Positions 17,682 through 28,642 are shown, numbered from the stretch's first letter. The stretch is DNA of 64,000 nt from Blastocatellia bacterium (GCA_039812885.1 JBDIBI010000015.1:62878-126877); one strand, 5' to 3'. Program-made: numbers and translations. The notes: generated by a model not told the origin, from the sequence alone.

Positions 17682-19565
17682 ATGTGCGGCATTTGTGGAT
17701 ATATAACAGAAAAAGGTAGTGCCAATAAAGAACAAGTGCGTAATATGGCAAACGCTCTGCGCTCACGTGGTCCAGATGATGAAGGCTATTACGTGAAAGA
17801 TTCTGTGGCACTTGGACACCGCCGCTTAAGTATTATTGATATAGAAAGCGGTCATCAGCCTATTTCTAATGAATCTTCTTCCATTTGGTTAGTTTTTAAT
17901 GGAGAAATTTATAATTTTAAGACTCTACGTCAAGAACTACAAAAGCAAGGGCATGTGTTTGCTACTAAAAGTGACTCAGAAGTAATCATTCATGCTTATG
18001 AAGAATATGGAGACGAATGTGTAAAACTCTTTAATGGTATGTTTGCCTTTGCTCTCTGGGATGAAGAAAAACAACGTTTGCTTCTTGCTCGCGATCGCTT
18101 TGGGGAAAAACCTCTTTATTATGCACATTGTAATGGAGATTTTTGTTTTGCTTCTGAACCAAAAGCCCTTTTTTGTCATCCTAAAGTTAGTAAAGAATTA
18201 GATCTACGTAGCTTAAGCCGTTACCTTGCTTATGAATATGTACCTTGGCCTCATTCAATGTTTAAGCAAATACGCAAACTTCCACCAGCACATTTGCTAG
18301 TGTATGAACATGGTGAAATAAAAATAGAGCGCTACTGGGATCCACAATTTCGCCCTCTTGCAACCAACAATGAAGCTGAAATTTGTGAAGAATTAATAAA
18401 TAAATTGCGTGAAGCCGTTCGTTACCGCTTAATTAGCGATGTTCCTTTAGGTGTATTTTTATCAGGAGGTATTGACTCTTCTGCAATAGTATCATTGATG
18501 GCAGAACTAATGCCAAGCAAACAAATTAAGACATTTTCTATTGCTTTTGATGATAAGTCTTTTGATGAATCACATTATGCTCGTTTAGTAGCTAAACATT
18601 TTGATACAGATCACTCAGAACATCCTTTTAACTTATCAACTCTTTCTGACTTAATCCCAGAAATTACTAGTTATATGGATGAACCTTTAGGAGATGGATC
18701 ATTAATAGCTACTTTCTTGCTTGCCAAATTTACCCGTCAAAAAGTAACAGTAGCCCTTGGTGGAGATGGTGGAGATGAGCTTTTTGCGGGCTATCCTACT
18801 TTTGCAGCCTTTCGTGTTGCAAATCTTTATCAACATATACCTAAGGTTTTTAGATCAGCAATTGAATGGGGAGCAAATCTTTTACCAGTTTCTACTGATA
18901 ACTTTAGCTTTGATTTTAAGGTTAAACAGTTTCTCAAAGGAGCTCGTTACCCAAATCCAATACGCAATCAAGCTTGGATAGGATCTTTTACACCTGATGA
19001 ACAACAATTATTATTTTCATCCGATGTAAATCGAGAATTAGCTGGATTTAATCCTTATTCAAAGTTGATGGAATTAGAAAATGAACATGCCCAAGATAGC
19101 CCACTTAATCGCTTAACCTATCAATATTTTAATTGCTATCTTACAGATAATATTTTGTTTAAAGTAGATCGTACCAGCATGGCTTGTTCATTAGAAGCTC
19201 GCTCTCCTTTTCTAGATCATAACTTTGCTGAGTTTGTCTGTTCAATTCCAGAACATTTGAGACTAAAAGGACTAAAAGCTAAATATATACTAAAGCGTAG
19301 CTTAGTAGGAAAATTACCAGAAGAAATACTTTCTCGTGGTAAAAAAGGTTTTGGTATTCCTGTAGCAAAACTTATACTAGGTCAACTACGTAAAGACTTC
19401 CAACAGGAATTTGATGCTGAAAAAATTAAAAAGGAAGGTTTCTTTAATCCAAATTTTACATCTAAACTACTTGCGGAACATGTAGCAGGCAAACGTGATA
19501 ACCGCAAATTATTGTGGACACTAATGATGTTCCAACTTTGGTCTAAACACTATCTTAATACTTAA
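17682..19565 (+). CDS. asnB: Asparagine synthetase (glutamine-hydrolysing), AsnB family
   Basis: N-terminal 'MCGICGY' (Ntn Cys2). PP-loop 'FLSGGIDSS'. 627 aa. Confidence 0.9.
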   Translation: MCGICGYITEKGSANKEQVRNMANALRSRGPDDEGYYVKDSVALGHRRLSIIDIESGHQPISNESSSIWLVFNGEIYNFKTLRQELQKQGHVFATKSDSEVIIHAYEEYGDECVKLFNGMFAFALWDEEKQRLLLARDRFGEKPLYYAHCNGDFCFASEPKALFCHPKVSKELDLRSLSRYLAYEYVPWPHSMFKQIRKLPPAHLLVYEHGEIKIERYWDPQFRPLATNNEAEICEELINKLREAVRYRLISDVPLGVFLSGGIDSSAIVSLMAELMPSKQIKTFSIAFDDKSFDESHYARLVAKHFDTDHSEHPFNLSTLSDLIPEITSYMDEPLGDGSLIATFLLAKFTRQKVTVALGGDGGDELFAGYPTFAAFRVANLYQHIPKVFRSAIEWGANLLPVSTDNFSFDFKVKQFLKGARYPNPIRNQAWIGSFTPDEQQLLFSSDVNRELAGFNPYSKLMELENEHAQDSPLNRLTYQYFNCYLTDNILFKVDRTSMACSLEARSPFLDHNFAEFVCSIPEHLRLKGLKAKYILKRSLVGKLPEEILSRGKKGFGIPVAKLILGQLRKDFQQEFDAEKIKKEGFFNPNFTSKLLAEHVAGKRDNRKLLWTLMMFQLWSKHYLNT

Positions 19566-19589
19566 GTAATTCGTCGAAGTAACTTAACT

Positions 19590-20582
19590 ATGAAACAAAA
19601 ACTACTTGATTATATAGGTTGCCTTTATTGTCATACTTCACTGAGCTTAATAGATATTATTGAAGAAAACCAAGAAATAATGTCTGGTAAGTTAGTTTGT
19701 GAAAAGTGCAAAAGAAAATTTCCTATAATTAATGGTATTCCTAGATTACTTCCTGATAATTTATCTAATGATAAACAGGAAACAGCTTCAGGTTTTGGTT
19801 ATTCTTGGAAAGCCTTCTCCCACATAGATCCAATTTATGAACAACAGTTCTTGGATTGGATTCACCCAATAGATAGAGAATTTTTTAAAGGTAAACTTAT
19901 TTTAGATGCTGGATGCGGCAAAGGTCGTCATGCATGGTGTGCTGCTCGTTTTGGAGCTAAAGAAGTCATAGGTATAGACTTAAGTGAAGCAGTTGAGGTA
20001 GCATTTCTTAATACTCGTGAGTTTCCTAATGTCCATATAATTCAAGGAGATATTTATAACTTACCTTTTCTGAACCAATTTGATTATATTTATTCAGTAG
20101 GAGTGCTTCACCACCTACCAGATCCTCAAGCAGGTTTTCTATCCCTAACTAAAGCACTACGTTCTGGAGGTTCAATTTCTGCTTGGGTTTATGGTAGAGA
20201 AAACAATGGGTGGATTACCCATATAGTTAATCCTATAAGAGAAAACTTAACAGCTAAAATGCCTCGCCCTTTATTACAATTTTTCTCTTGGGCTTTAACT
20301 ACTTTTATCCTTTATCCAGTAGTAAAGTTTATTTATCGGCCAATAAATCTATTTCTACCTGCCTTGGCAAAGTACTTATTTTACAATGATTATCTCTTCT
20401 ACATTTCAAAACTAAGTTTTAGAGATATTTATTCTATTGTGCTAGATCATCTAATTGCCCCAACAGCTTTTTATCTTAGGCAAGAAGAATTTGCACAGTG
20501 GTTTAAGCTAGCCAAATTAGCTAAAGTAGAAATTCAGTGGCATAATCGCAATTCTTGGAGGGGTTTGGGTGTTTCAACCTAA
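19590..20582 (+). CDS. Class I SAM-dependent methyltransferase with an N-terminal Trm112-like zinc-ribbon domain
   Basis: 'CLYCHTSL...LVCEKCKRKFPIINGIPRLL' is a Trm112/DUF343-like zinc ribbon. 'ILDAGCGKGRH' is SAM-binding motif I. 'VGVLHHLPDP' is motif II/III. Confidence 0.7.
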   Translation: MKQKLLDYIGCLYCHTSLSLIDIIEENQEIMSGKLVCEKCKRKFPIINGIPRLLPDNLSNDKQETASGFGYSWKAFSHIDPIYEQQFLDWIHPIDREFFKGKLILDAGCGKGRHAWCAARFGAKEVIGIDLSEAVEVAFLNTREFPNVHIIQGDIYNLPFLNQFDYIYSVGVLHHLPDPQAGFLSLTKALRSGGSISAWVYGRENNGWITHIVNPIRENLTAKMPRPLLQFFSWALTTFILYPVVKFIYRPINLFLPALAKYLFYNDYLFYISKLSFRDIYSIVLDHLIAPTAFYLRQEEFAQWFKLAKLAKVEIQWHNRNSWRGLGVST

Positions 20583-21615
20583 TTTAGGAGGAGTTTATGG
20601 GGTAAAGCTTTTACCAGTTGGCACCCTGCTTGACCACCGTTACCAAATTGTATCTATTTTAGGTAAAGGAGGTTCAGGAGCAGTCTATAAAGCTTGTGAT
20701 TTACAAAATAACCATATTGTAGCAGTAAAAGTCTTGACTGTGACTGGAATTGAGCCTCATGCAACAATGCAGCTTCAGTATTTCCAAAGAGAAGTAGGAT
20801 TACTTAAGCGTGTATCTCATCCCAATATTATTCATATTCTAGATAGCGGAATTAGTGATGAAAAGTTCCCCTATTTAGTAACAGATTATGTGGATGGACA
20901 GAGTTTAAAGGCCATTTTAAAAGCAGGTCAACTAACTTTAAAAAGAACTGCTAATATCCTTTCTCAGGTTAGTCATGCACTTCAGGCTATTCATGACCAA
21001 GGTATTATTCATCGTGACTTTAAACCACAAAATATCTTAATTACAGAAAACCAACAAAAAGAAACTGCTAAATTGTTAGATTTTGGCATTGCTAAAATGA
21101 TTCGTGGAGATAGAGAAGAATCTTACTTACATACAATTACTTCTAAAGGAATAGTTTCTGGCACCCTACAATATATGTCTCCTGAACATTGTCAAGGTCA
21201 TAAATTAGATGAGCGTACAGATATTTATTCTATGGGAATTACAGCTTATGAGATGGTGAGTGGACGTCTTCCTTTTGATATTTCAAGCACTGTTGGAATG
21301 ATAATGTTGCATGTAGAAGCTACTCCACCTGCAATTCCTGCTATTCCTAAAGCAGTAGAAAGCGTGATAATGAAGGCAATAGAAAAATTCCCTGAAAACC
21401 GTTTTGCTCGTGCAATTGATTTTTCTGAAGCTTTTGCTAATGCAGTGACCGAATCTAAGGATTTTTCTGAGAGTTTTGTTATAAAAGGTGATGGCGCAAG
21501 CCCAAATCAAGAAACAGAAGAGTTTATAATAGATCCTAGTGAAGCACCTACTGCTCAACATGAATCTAATGATCCAAATATTTGGACTACCATTAAACGA
21601 AAACTTAAATTTTAG
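20569..21615 (+). CDS. Hanks-type Ser/Thr protein kinase
   Basis: 'LGKGGSGAVYKA...VAVK', 'HRDFKPQNILI', 'DFGIAK', 'SPE'. Overlaps the upstream methyltransferase gene by 14 nt, which suggests an operon. Confidence 0.85.
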   Translation: MFQPNLGGVYGVKLLPVGTLLDHRYQIVSILGKGGSGAVYKACDLQNNHIVAVKVLTVTGIEPHATMQLQYFQREVGLLKRVSHPNIIHILDSGISDEKFPYLVTDYVDGQSLKAILKAGQLTLKRTANILSQVSHALQAIHDQGIIHRDFKPQNILITENQQKETAKLLDFGIAKMIRGDREESYLHTITSKGIVSGTLQYMSPEHCQGHKLDERTDIYSMGITAYEMVSGRLPFDISSTVGMIMLHVEATPPAIPAIPKAVESVIMKAIEKFPENRFARAIDFSEAFANAVTESKDFSESFVIKGDGASPNQETEEFIIDPSEAPTAQHESNDPNIWTTIKRKLKF

Positions 21616-21627
21616 GACATTACATTA

Positions 21628-22989
21628 ATGCTATTTTCACCACAAGAAATTTTAGAAACTGTAATGATGACCGAGATGGAACATCTCGATATTCGCACTA
21701 TTACACTAGGTATTTCCCTGAGAGATTGTTGTGACAGTTCTATAACAACAGTGTGCGACAAAGTTATAACTAAAATACGCTCAATTGCAGCTCGTTTAGT
21801 GCCAGTAGCAAATGACTTAGCCTCTGAGTTTGGTATTCCTATAGCCAATAAGCGTATTGCTATCACTCCATTATCATTAGTTGGAGAATCTTGTACTAAT
21901 TTGGATTACGTAAAACTAGCCAAGGCAGTTGACTCAGTAGCCAATGAAGTAGGAGTAGATTTTATAGGTGGATATTCTGCATTAGTTCATAAAGGAATGA
22001 CTAATGGAGAAAGAGCTTTTTTAGCTTCTATACCTGAAGCTTTGTCTGTCACTAATCGCCTTTGTGGTTCAGTAAATGTAGCAACAACACGTTCAGGAAT
22101 TAACATGGATGCAATCCTAACACTTGGGCATGTAATTAAACAGTTAGCAGATAGAACAGCAGACAGAGGTGGAATAGGATGTGCCAAATTTGTAGTTTTT
22201 GCTAATGCAGTAGAAGATAATCCTTTTATGGCCGGAGCTTTTTATGGAATCGGTGAGCCAGAAGTTATTGTAAATGTTGGTGTAAGTGGCCCAGGTGTAG
22301 TTGCTCATGCAGTAAAACATGCTGGAAATTGTGATTTAGGCACATTATCAGAAGTAATTAAACGCACAGCATTTAAGATTACCCGTGCAGGAGAACTTAT
22401 TGGTCGAGAAGCAGCACGCCGTTTAGGTGTACCTTTTGGAATTATTGATTTAAGTCTTGCCCCTACCCCACTTGTTGGAGATAGTGTTGGAGAAATACTA
22501 GAAGCAATGGGACTAGAACGCACTGGTGCACCTGGTTCAACAGCAGCACTTGCACTCCTTACAGATGCAGTCAAAAAAGGTGGAGCAATGGCATCTTGTC
22601 ATGTTGGTGGAATGAGTGGAGCATTTATCCCTGTATCTGAAGATCATGCAATGATTGAAGCTGTTAATTGTGGCGCTCTTAATTTAGAAAAACTAGAAGC
22701 TATGACTTCTGTTTGTTCTGTAGGTATTGATATGGTAGCAGTTCCAGGTAGTACTTCTGCTGAAACTATTTCTGCAATTATTGCTGATGAAATAGCAATT
22801 GGAGTTGTTAACAACAAAACTACTGCGGTAAGAATCATTCCTGTTCCTGGCAAAGATGTGGGAGATATTGTTGAATATGGTGGACTCTTGGGTAGTGCTC
22901 CTATTATGTCTGTAAACAAATTTTCTGCTAATAGCTTTGTTCGTAGAGGTGGATTAATTCCTGCTCCTGTACAAAGCCTACGTAATTAA
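21628..22989 (+). CDS. UPF0210/DUF711 family protein
   Basis: N-terminus '[27 protein letters not shown]' matches the conserved UPF0210 start (...NLDIRTITMGISLLDC). About 450 aa and Gly-rich. Confidence 0.7.
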   Translation: MLFSPQEILETVMMTEMEHLDIRTITLGISLRDCCDSSITTVCDKVITKIRSIAARLVPVANDLASEFGIPIANKRIAITPLSLVGESCTNLDYVKLAKAVDSVANEVGVDFIGGYSALVHKGMTNGERAFLASIPEALSVTNRLCGSVNVATTRSGINMDAILTLGHVIKQLADRTADRGGIGCAKFVVFANAVEDNPFMAGAFYGIGEPEVIVNVGVSGPGVVAHAVKHAGNCDLGTLSEVIKRTAFKITRAGELIGREAARRLGVPFGIIDLSLAPTPLVGDSVGEILEAMGLERTGAPGSTAALALLTDAVKKGGAMASCHVGGMSGAFIPVSEDHAMIEAVNCGALNLEKLEAMTSVCSVGIDMVAVPGSTSAETISAIIADEIAIGVVNNKTTAVRIIPVPGKDVGDIVEYGGLLGSAPIMSVNKFSANSFVRRGGLIPAPVQSLRN

Positions 22990-23102
22990 ACTCTCTATAT
23001 AAACTACTTAAACCAAATTTTTTGTTTTTGTGGTATTCTGTCAGAAAATAACTTTAAGCTACTAGGTGATCTACGTAAGGCTATTCTAGTATTGGCTAAA
23101 CT

Positions 23103-26100
23103 ATGAGTACTAATACCAGCAAAAGTGACTTTACTGGAACAGAACGATTTTCTGTTGAGCGCCGTTTAGGATTAGGTGGATTTGGAGCAGTTTATCAAGT
23201 TTATGATAAAGAACGTCATGCTAGAGTTGCATTAAAGAATTTAAATCTTAACAATGCTAGCACTATTTACCGCTTTAAAAAAGAGTTCCGTTCATTAACA
23301 GGTATTGTCCATCCCAATTTAGTAACTCTTTATGAACTAATTTCTGATGGAGAACAATGGTTCTTTACAATGGAGCTAGTAGAAGGCACTACTTTTTTTG
23401 AGTACATTACCACCACATCGGATGATACTGTAGAGTATAATATAGATACAGATCCTAACATTACATTAGACAACCAAGAAACACAACAAAGTAAAATCAA
23501 TTTCACTTTTGATCAAGAAAAGCTTCGTAATTGTTTAGCACAATTAGTTAAAGGGCTTATGGTGCTGCATAACGCTGGTAAAATTCACCGAGATATTAAG
23601 CCTTCTAACGTTATGATTACAAATGAAGGTCGAGTAGTAATCTTAGATTTTGGTTTAGTTACAGAAATTGATCCAGATAACCCTGAGCAAAGCATAGATC
23701 TTGTAGGTACTCCTAACTATATGTCACCTGAACAAGGTATAGGGCAAACAACTCCAGCAAGTGATTGGTATAGTGTCGGAGTAATGCTTTATCAAGCGCT
23801 TACAGGAAAACTTCCCTTCAGTGGAAAAACCTACCAAGTCATTTCTATGAAGCAAACTTCTGATCCACCTCCTTTAAGCAATTTTACACCTAATTTACCT
23901 AAAGATCTTGAGGAACTCTGTTTAGAACTTTTGTCACGAGATCCTAGCAAACGACCTAGTGGAACAGAAATACTTAAACGGCTAAACCCAACTAAACACG
24001 TAGTTTCTATCTTTTCCCAACAAACAGAGTTAGCTGGCCGTCAAAAGCATTTAACTCTCTTACAAGAAGCCTTTCTTAAAATTAAAGAAGGTAAAACTGT
24101 TATAGTTTGCGTTCATGGCAGTTCTGGAATGGGAAAAAGCACTTTAATTCGCTATTTTCTCGAAGACTTACACAAAAAAGAACCAAAAGCTGTAGTTCTT
24201 TCTGGACGATGTTATGAACAAGAATCTTTACCTTATAAAGCTTTAGATAATTTAATTGATGCCTTAACACACTACCTACGTAGCATACCTAATGTAATAG
24301 TAGAATCCCTAATGCCTTATGATATTTTGGCATTAGCAAGACTTTTTCCTGTGCTTAGGCAAATAGAAGCTGTTTCTGGAGCACAACGCAAGGTTTTAAG
24401 AATACCTGATTCTCAAGAACTACGTAGGCGGGCTTTTGCTGCACTACGTGAATTACTAATGCGTCTAGCTGATCGTAATCCTCTTGTCTTATTTATTGAT
24501 GATCTTCAATGGGGTGATATTGATAGTGCTGCACTTTTAAGTGAATTGCTACGTCCACCTGAACCTCCTTCATTACTTCTAATAACAAGTCATCGTAGTG
24601 AAGAAGCTCAAACTAGCTCACTACTACAAACTCTGTTGCCATTATTAAAAACATTCCAAAATGAGCTTGTGCTTCAAGAACTTGTTGTTGGTGAGCTAGA
24701 ACCCACAGAAGCCACCAATCTAGCTAGCTCATTACTTACTAAAAATCACTTATTAGATCTTGCAGCCACAATAGCTCAAGAATCTCGTGGAAACCCTTTT
24801 TTTATTAATGAGCTTGTAAATTATTGTCAAAGTAATAACATTGATATAGCAAAACCTAAATTAATTAGCTTAAGCGAAGTACTACAAGGCCGTATTACTA
24901 GCTTACCAGAAGATGCACGTCATCTTTTGGAAATATTGGCTATAGCAGGTTCGCCTTTAGATATAGAGTTAACAAGGCAAGCCGCTAAACTCTCTGATTC
25001 TTTACCTACCACTTTAGCAACTCTTAGAGCAGGAAATTTAATACGTACTAGAAATATAAAAGGAAAAGAAGAACTAGAGCTTTACCATGATCGCATTAGA
25101 GAAACCATCCTTAGTAAACTTACTAGCACAACACAAGAAGCTCATCATCTCTCACTTGCAATAGTTCTAGAATCAAGTAACACAGCAGATCCTGAACAAT
25201 TAGCCATACATTTTCAAGAGGCTAAAGTATGGGAAAAAGCCTTTGAATATAGCGTATTAGCGGCTAACAATGCAGCAGAAACGCTAGCTTTTGATCATGC
25301 AGCTCAGTTATATCAGCTTGCTATTGAAATTAACTCCAATAACCCTCAAGCAGAGGTTGGGAGCAAAGAGTTATCTAATAAAATCAAGTCTTTATATACA
25401 AAACTTGCCGATGCTTTAGTAAAAGCTGGGCGTGGAAATGATGCAGCTAAAGCTTATTTTAAAGCATCACAAGAGGCTAACTCTATTGAAAAATTAAACT
25501 TACAACGACAAGCAGCAGAGCAGTTTTTGTATAGTGGACATTTTGATCAAGGATTGCCGATTCTTAATCAAGTGCTAAAAGATATAGGTTTTAAGATAGT
25601 TAAAAATCGTACTAATGCATTGATTTCTATAGTACTTCGCAAAATATACCTAAAATTCCGAGGACTAAATTTTAAAGAGCAAGATGAGAGCCAAATTTCT
25701 CCTTCAGAGCTAATAAGAATTGACTCTTGTTGGTCAATGTGTTCAGGTTTAGCAATGGTAGATGTTATTATTGCAGTAGATTTTCATATGAAACATTTAC
25801 TGCATGCTCTAAAACTTGGTGAACCCTTTCGTGTTGCTCGTGCTTTAGCACAAGAGGTTGCTTATTCTGTAGGAAAACGAACCACCAATAAAAACTATAT
25901 AAACAAACTTTTAGACACAATATCTTCAATAAACAAAACCATTCAAAACCCACAAATTACAGCTTTAGGTCTTTTCTCTTCTGCAATATCAGCCCTTTTT
26001 ACAGGAGAATGGCGCAAATCAAAGGAAAGCTGTGTAAAGGCTGAAAAAATATGTAGAGAACAATGCACTGGTGTTTTCCGTGAGTTAGCTAGAATTCAAA

Positions 26101-26843
26101 TCTATAAACTAAAAGCAATGCTTATGTTAGGTGAATTAAGTGAAATATCTAATACTCTACCAGCACTATTAAATGAAGCCCAAGAACGAGGAGATTTCTA
26201 TTTAGATATTAACTTACGTACTAGAATTTCTTACTATATTATGCTAACGCAAGATGAACCAGAAGCAGCTAAACAAGAGGTAAAAGAAGCCATTAGCCGA
26301 TGGTCAATAGAGGGGTTTCAAATACAACATTATTTTGCGTTAATAGCAGAAGGTGAAATTTTACTTTATCAAAATCAACCATCATTAGCTTTGCAAAGAA
26401 TAGATGAAAAATGGAGTGAATTAGAAAAATCTAATATTTTAAGTTTTACATTTGCTAATGTAGAAGCACAATTCTTAAGAGCACGTTGTGTCTTAGCCTT
26501 AGCCAATCAAGATAAATCATTTTTGCTAAGAGCAAAACAATATGCTGAAGAAATCAAAAAAGAAAAAGCTGATTGGGCAAATGCTTTTGCTAATTTAATT
26601 TATGCACAAATAGAATTAGTTTCTGGAACTAAAGCCAAAGCTATAGAATTATTGGCACTAGCAGAAAAAGAATTTGAAACAACTGAAAGCTTTCTTTATG
26701 CTGTAGCAACTCGCCGTCAAAGAGGCTTACTTACTGGGTCAGAAACAGGTAACAAGCTAGTAAAAGAAGCCGAAGCTTGGCTGACAAATCAAAAAATTAA
26801 AAATATTAATGAAATGTGTTTAATGCTACTTTCCAGAAAGTAA
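23103..26843 (+). CDS. Multidomain STAND-like signalling protein: N-terminal Ser/Thr kinase, AAA/NB-ARC-like P-loop ATPase, C-terminal helical-repeat (TPR-like) region
   Basis: Kinase motifs 'GLGGFGAVYQV...VALK', 'HRDIKPSNVMI', 'DFGLV', 'SPE'. Walker A 'VHGSSGMGKSTL' at about residue 335, Walker B 'LVLFIDDLQWGD'. 1246 aa. Confidence 0.8.
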   Translation: MSTNTSKSDFTGTERFSVERRLGLGGFGAVYQVYDKERHARVALKNLNLNNASTIYRFKKEFRSLTGIVHPNLVTLYELISDGEQWFFTMELVEGTTFFEYITTTSDDTVEYNIDTDPNITLDNQETQQSKINFTFDQEKLRNCLAQLVKGLMVLHNAGKIHRDIKPSNVMITNEGRVVILDFGLVTEIDPDNPEQSIDLVGTPNYMSPEQGIGQTTPASDWYSVGVMLYQALTGKLPFSGKTYQVISMKQTSDPPPLSNFTPNLPKDLEELCLELLSRDPSKRPSGTEILKRLNPTKHVVSIFSQQTELAGRQKHLTLLQEAFLKIKEGKTVIVCVHGSSGMGKSTLIRYFLEDLHKKEPKAVVLSGRCYEQESLPYKALDNLIDALTHYLRSIPNVIVESLMPYDILALARLFPVLRQIEAVSGAQRKVLRIPDSQELRRRAFAALRELLMRLADRNPLVLFIDDLQWGDIDSAALLSELLRPPEPPSLLLITSHRSEEAQTSSLLQTLLPLLKTFQNELVLQELVVGELEPTEATNLASSLLTKNHLLDLAATIAQESRGNPFFINELVNYCQSNNIDIAKPKLISLSEVLQGRITSLPEDARHLLEILAIAGSPLDIELTRQAAKLSDSLPTTLATLRAGNLIRTRNIKGKEELELYHDRIRETILSKLTSTTQEAHHLSLAIVLESSNTADPEQLAIHFQEAKVWEKAFEYSVLAANNAAETLAFDHAAQLYQLAIEINSNNPQAEVGSKELSNKIKSLYTKLADALVKAGRGNDAAKAYFKASQEANSIEKLNLQRQAAEQFLYSGHFDQGLPILNQVLKDIGFKIVKNRTNALISIVLRKIYLKFRGLNFKEQDESQISPSELIRIDSCWSMCSGLAMVDVIIAVDFHMKHLLHALKLGEPFRVARALAQEVAYSVGKRTTNKNYINKLLDTISSINKTIQNPQITALGLFSSAISALFTGEWRKSKESCVKAEKICREQCTGVFRELARIQIYKLKAMLMLGELSEISNTLPALLNEAQERGDFYLDINLRTRISYYIMLTQDEPEAAKQEVKEAISRWSIEGFQIQHYFALIAEGEILLYQNQPSLALQRIDEKWSELEKSNILSFTFANVEAQFLRARCVLALANQDKSFLLRAKQYAEEIKKEKADWANAFANLIYAQIELVSGTKAKAIELLALAEKEFETTESFLYAVATRRQRGLLTGSETGNKLVKEAEAWLTNQKIKNINEMCLMLLSRK

Positions 26844-26941
26844 ACCAGAAAAATAAATAGTTGTTTAAATACTTAGTTGCAAGTATGTAAGAACTACGCT
26901 ACCATCATAAATCCGGCTGCTAATTAACTTCATATACTCTT

Positions 26942-26961
26942 TAGCGATTTTTTGATCGCTA
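26942..26961 (+). terminator. Candidate rho-independent terminator about 100 bp after the STAND-kinase gene
   Basis: tagcgat-tttttg-atcgcta hairpin followed by tcttgttttgtttt. Confidence 0.35.
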
Positions 26962-27032
26962 TCTTGTTTTGTTTTCTAATCAAGTAACTTACTTGAATAA
27001 TCAACATAACTGAATAAGTTATTGGAGTCTAT

Positions 27033-28571
27033 ATGGCTTTTAAGATGGAAGATGTGTTTCTACGCCTAGATAAAGTACGAGTAAATATAAAAAATCCTTG
27101 GAATATACCTGTTACTTTATTTGCTAGAGAAGATGTAAACATTGAATTTGAAGGAATTAGCCAGCTATTAGAATTTATTTCTTTACAAAAAACTTTACAA
27201 GTTCTAAGCAAAACAGAGTTTTGGGATAATGATGCTGGTCAAATCCTTGAAGTAGTTTTAACACCAGACTTTCACAAAGGGTCTGGGATCCCTGTTGGAA
27301 CAGTAGTTAACACTCATGGCTTTATAATTCCTAAAGCCATCGGGAACGATATTTGTTGTGGAATGAGGCTATTAGTTACTGATTTGACAGAAGATGAACT
27401 AAAAAATAACTCTCAAGATATTAAAAAAGCTTTGAGAGCTATTTTCTTTCAAGGGAAAAGACAGTTACCTCTTTCTGTGCGTCAGCGTGAAGCCCTTTTG
27501 CAAAAAGGACTTTGGGGATTACAAGAAACTTACTTAGATAATGCTGGTGTTGGTCTTTGGAATTATTATGATGAAGCCCAACAAGCTGAAGAATTAAGTT
27601 ATGTACATTTCCAAGGAGTATTACCAACTCAAAATACTTTTGCTCTAGGCGATTTTATTGACTCTGCTAGTTCAACAGCAGGCTATGACAGCCAAATTGG
27701 TTCAGTAGGTGGAGGAAACCATTTTGTTGAAATTCAGTCAATATCAGAGCTTTTTGATGGAGCAACTGCCCATATTTGGGGACTTTCACCAGGTCAGATC
27801 ACTATTATGGTTCATTCTGGATCTGTTGGGTTAGGCCATATAGTTGGAGGTCATTTTCAGGACTGTGCTAAGGCAATTTATCCTAAAGCAATACCACACC
27901 CTGAACATGGTTTTTACCCTTTACCAACATCAGGTATACATAAAGAGTTAGCAGCAAGTTATTTAGATTCAATGAATAGTGCAGCTAATTTTGCTTTTGG
28001 AAATAGGCTTTTTCTTGGCTTAATGGTGATAATGGCATTTTCTCAAGTTTTAGGCCGAAAAATAAAATCTAAATTAATTTATGATGCTCCACACAACTTA
28101 ATTTGGAAAAATGAACCTAAAGCAGAAAATTACTTGCATCGTAAAGGTGCTTGTCCTGCCTTAGGAGCTGAACCATTAATAAATAGCCCTTTTCGATATA
28201 CTGGTCATCCAGTAATTATTCCTGGATCAATGGGTGATTCTAGCTATCTGCTTGCAGGGGAAGGAAATAGTGATGCTTTAGCAAGCGCTTGTCATGGTGC
28301 AGGTCGTAGCTTACCACGAGGTCAAGCTCGAAATGTTGATGAATACATTTATCAAAAAAATGTTTCACCATTGCAAGTAATAACTCCAATAGATCCAGAA
28401 GATATGGAAATAAAGCTAAGAAAAGATATTTTGACAAAATATCATGATCGGCTAAAGGAAGAAGCGCCTTATGCCTATAAAGCAATTACTCCTGTAGTTC
28501 AAACTGTTGAAGATGCAACAATTGCCCGTCGCGTAGCGCGTTTGTCACCTTTAATCACAATTAAAGGATAA
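27033..28571 (+). CDS. rtcB: RtcB-family RNA 3'-phosphate ligase
   Basis: 'NDICCGMRLL', 'GGGNHFVEIQ', 'VIIPGSMGDSSYLLAGEGN...ACHGAGRSLPRGQA' are RtcB signature blocks. Confidence 0.8.
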   Translation: MAFKMEDVFLRLDKVRVNIKNPWNIPVTLFAREDVNIEFEGISQLLEFISLQKTLQVLSKTEFWDNDAGQILEVVLTPDFHKGSGIPVGTVVNTHGFIIPKAIGNDICCGMRLLVTDLTEDELKNNSQDIKKALRAIFFQGKRQLPLSVRQREALLQKGLWGLQETYLDNAGVGLWNYYDEAQQAEELSYVHFQGVLPTQNTFALGDFIDSASSTAGYDSQIGSVGGGNHFVEIQSISELFDGATAHIWGLSPGQITIMVHSGSVGLGHIVGGHFQDCAKAIYPKAIPHPEHGFYPLPTSGIHKELAASYLDSMNSAANFAFGNRLFLGLMVIMAFSQVLGRKIKSKLIYDAPHNLIWKNEPKAENYLHRKGACPALGAEPLINSPFRYTGHPVIIPGSMGDSSYLLAGEGNSDALASACHGAGRSLPRGQARNVDEYIYQKNVSPLQVITPIDPEDMEIKLRKDILTKYHDRLKEEAPYAYKAITPVVQTVEDATIARRVARLSPLITIKG

Positions 28572-28576
28572 AAATA

Positions 28577-28607
28577 CTAAGGGAAATTATCATTATATTT
28601 CCCTTAG
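28577..28607. terminator. Bidirectional terminator between convergent rtcB and the radical-SAM gene
   Basis: Perfect 11-bp inverted repeat ctaagggaaat / atttcccttag (28577-28587 / 28597-28607) with a 9-nt loop, flanked by T-runs. Confidence 0.5.
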
Positions 28608-28642
28608 TTTAATTGTTGTCATCATTACCATAACATCAGGAG

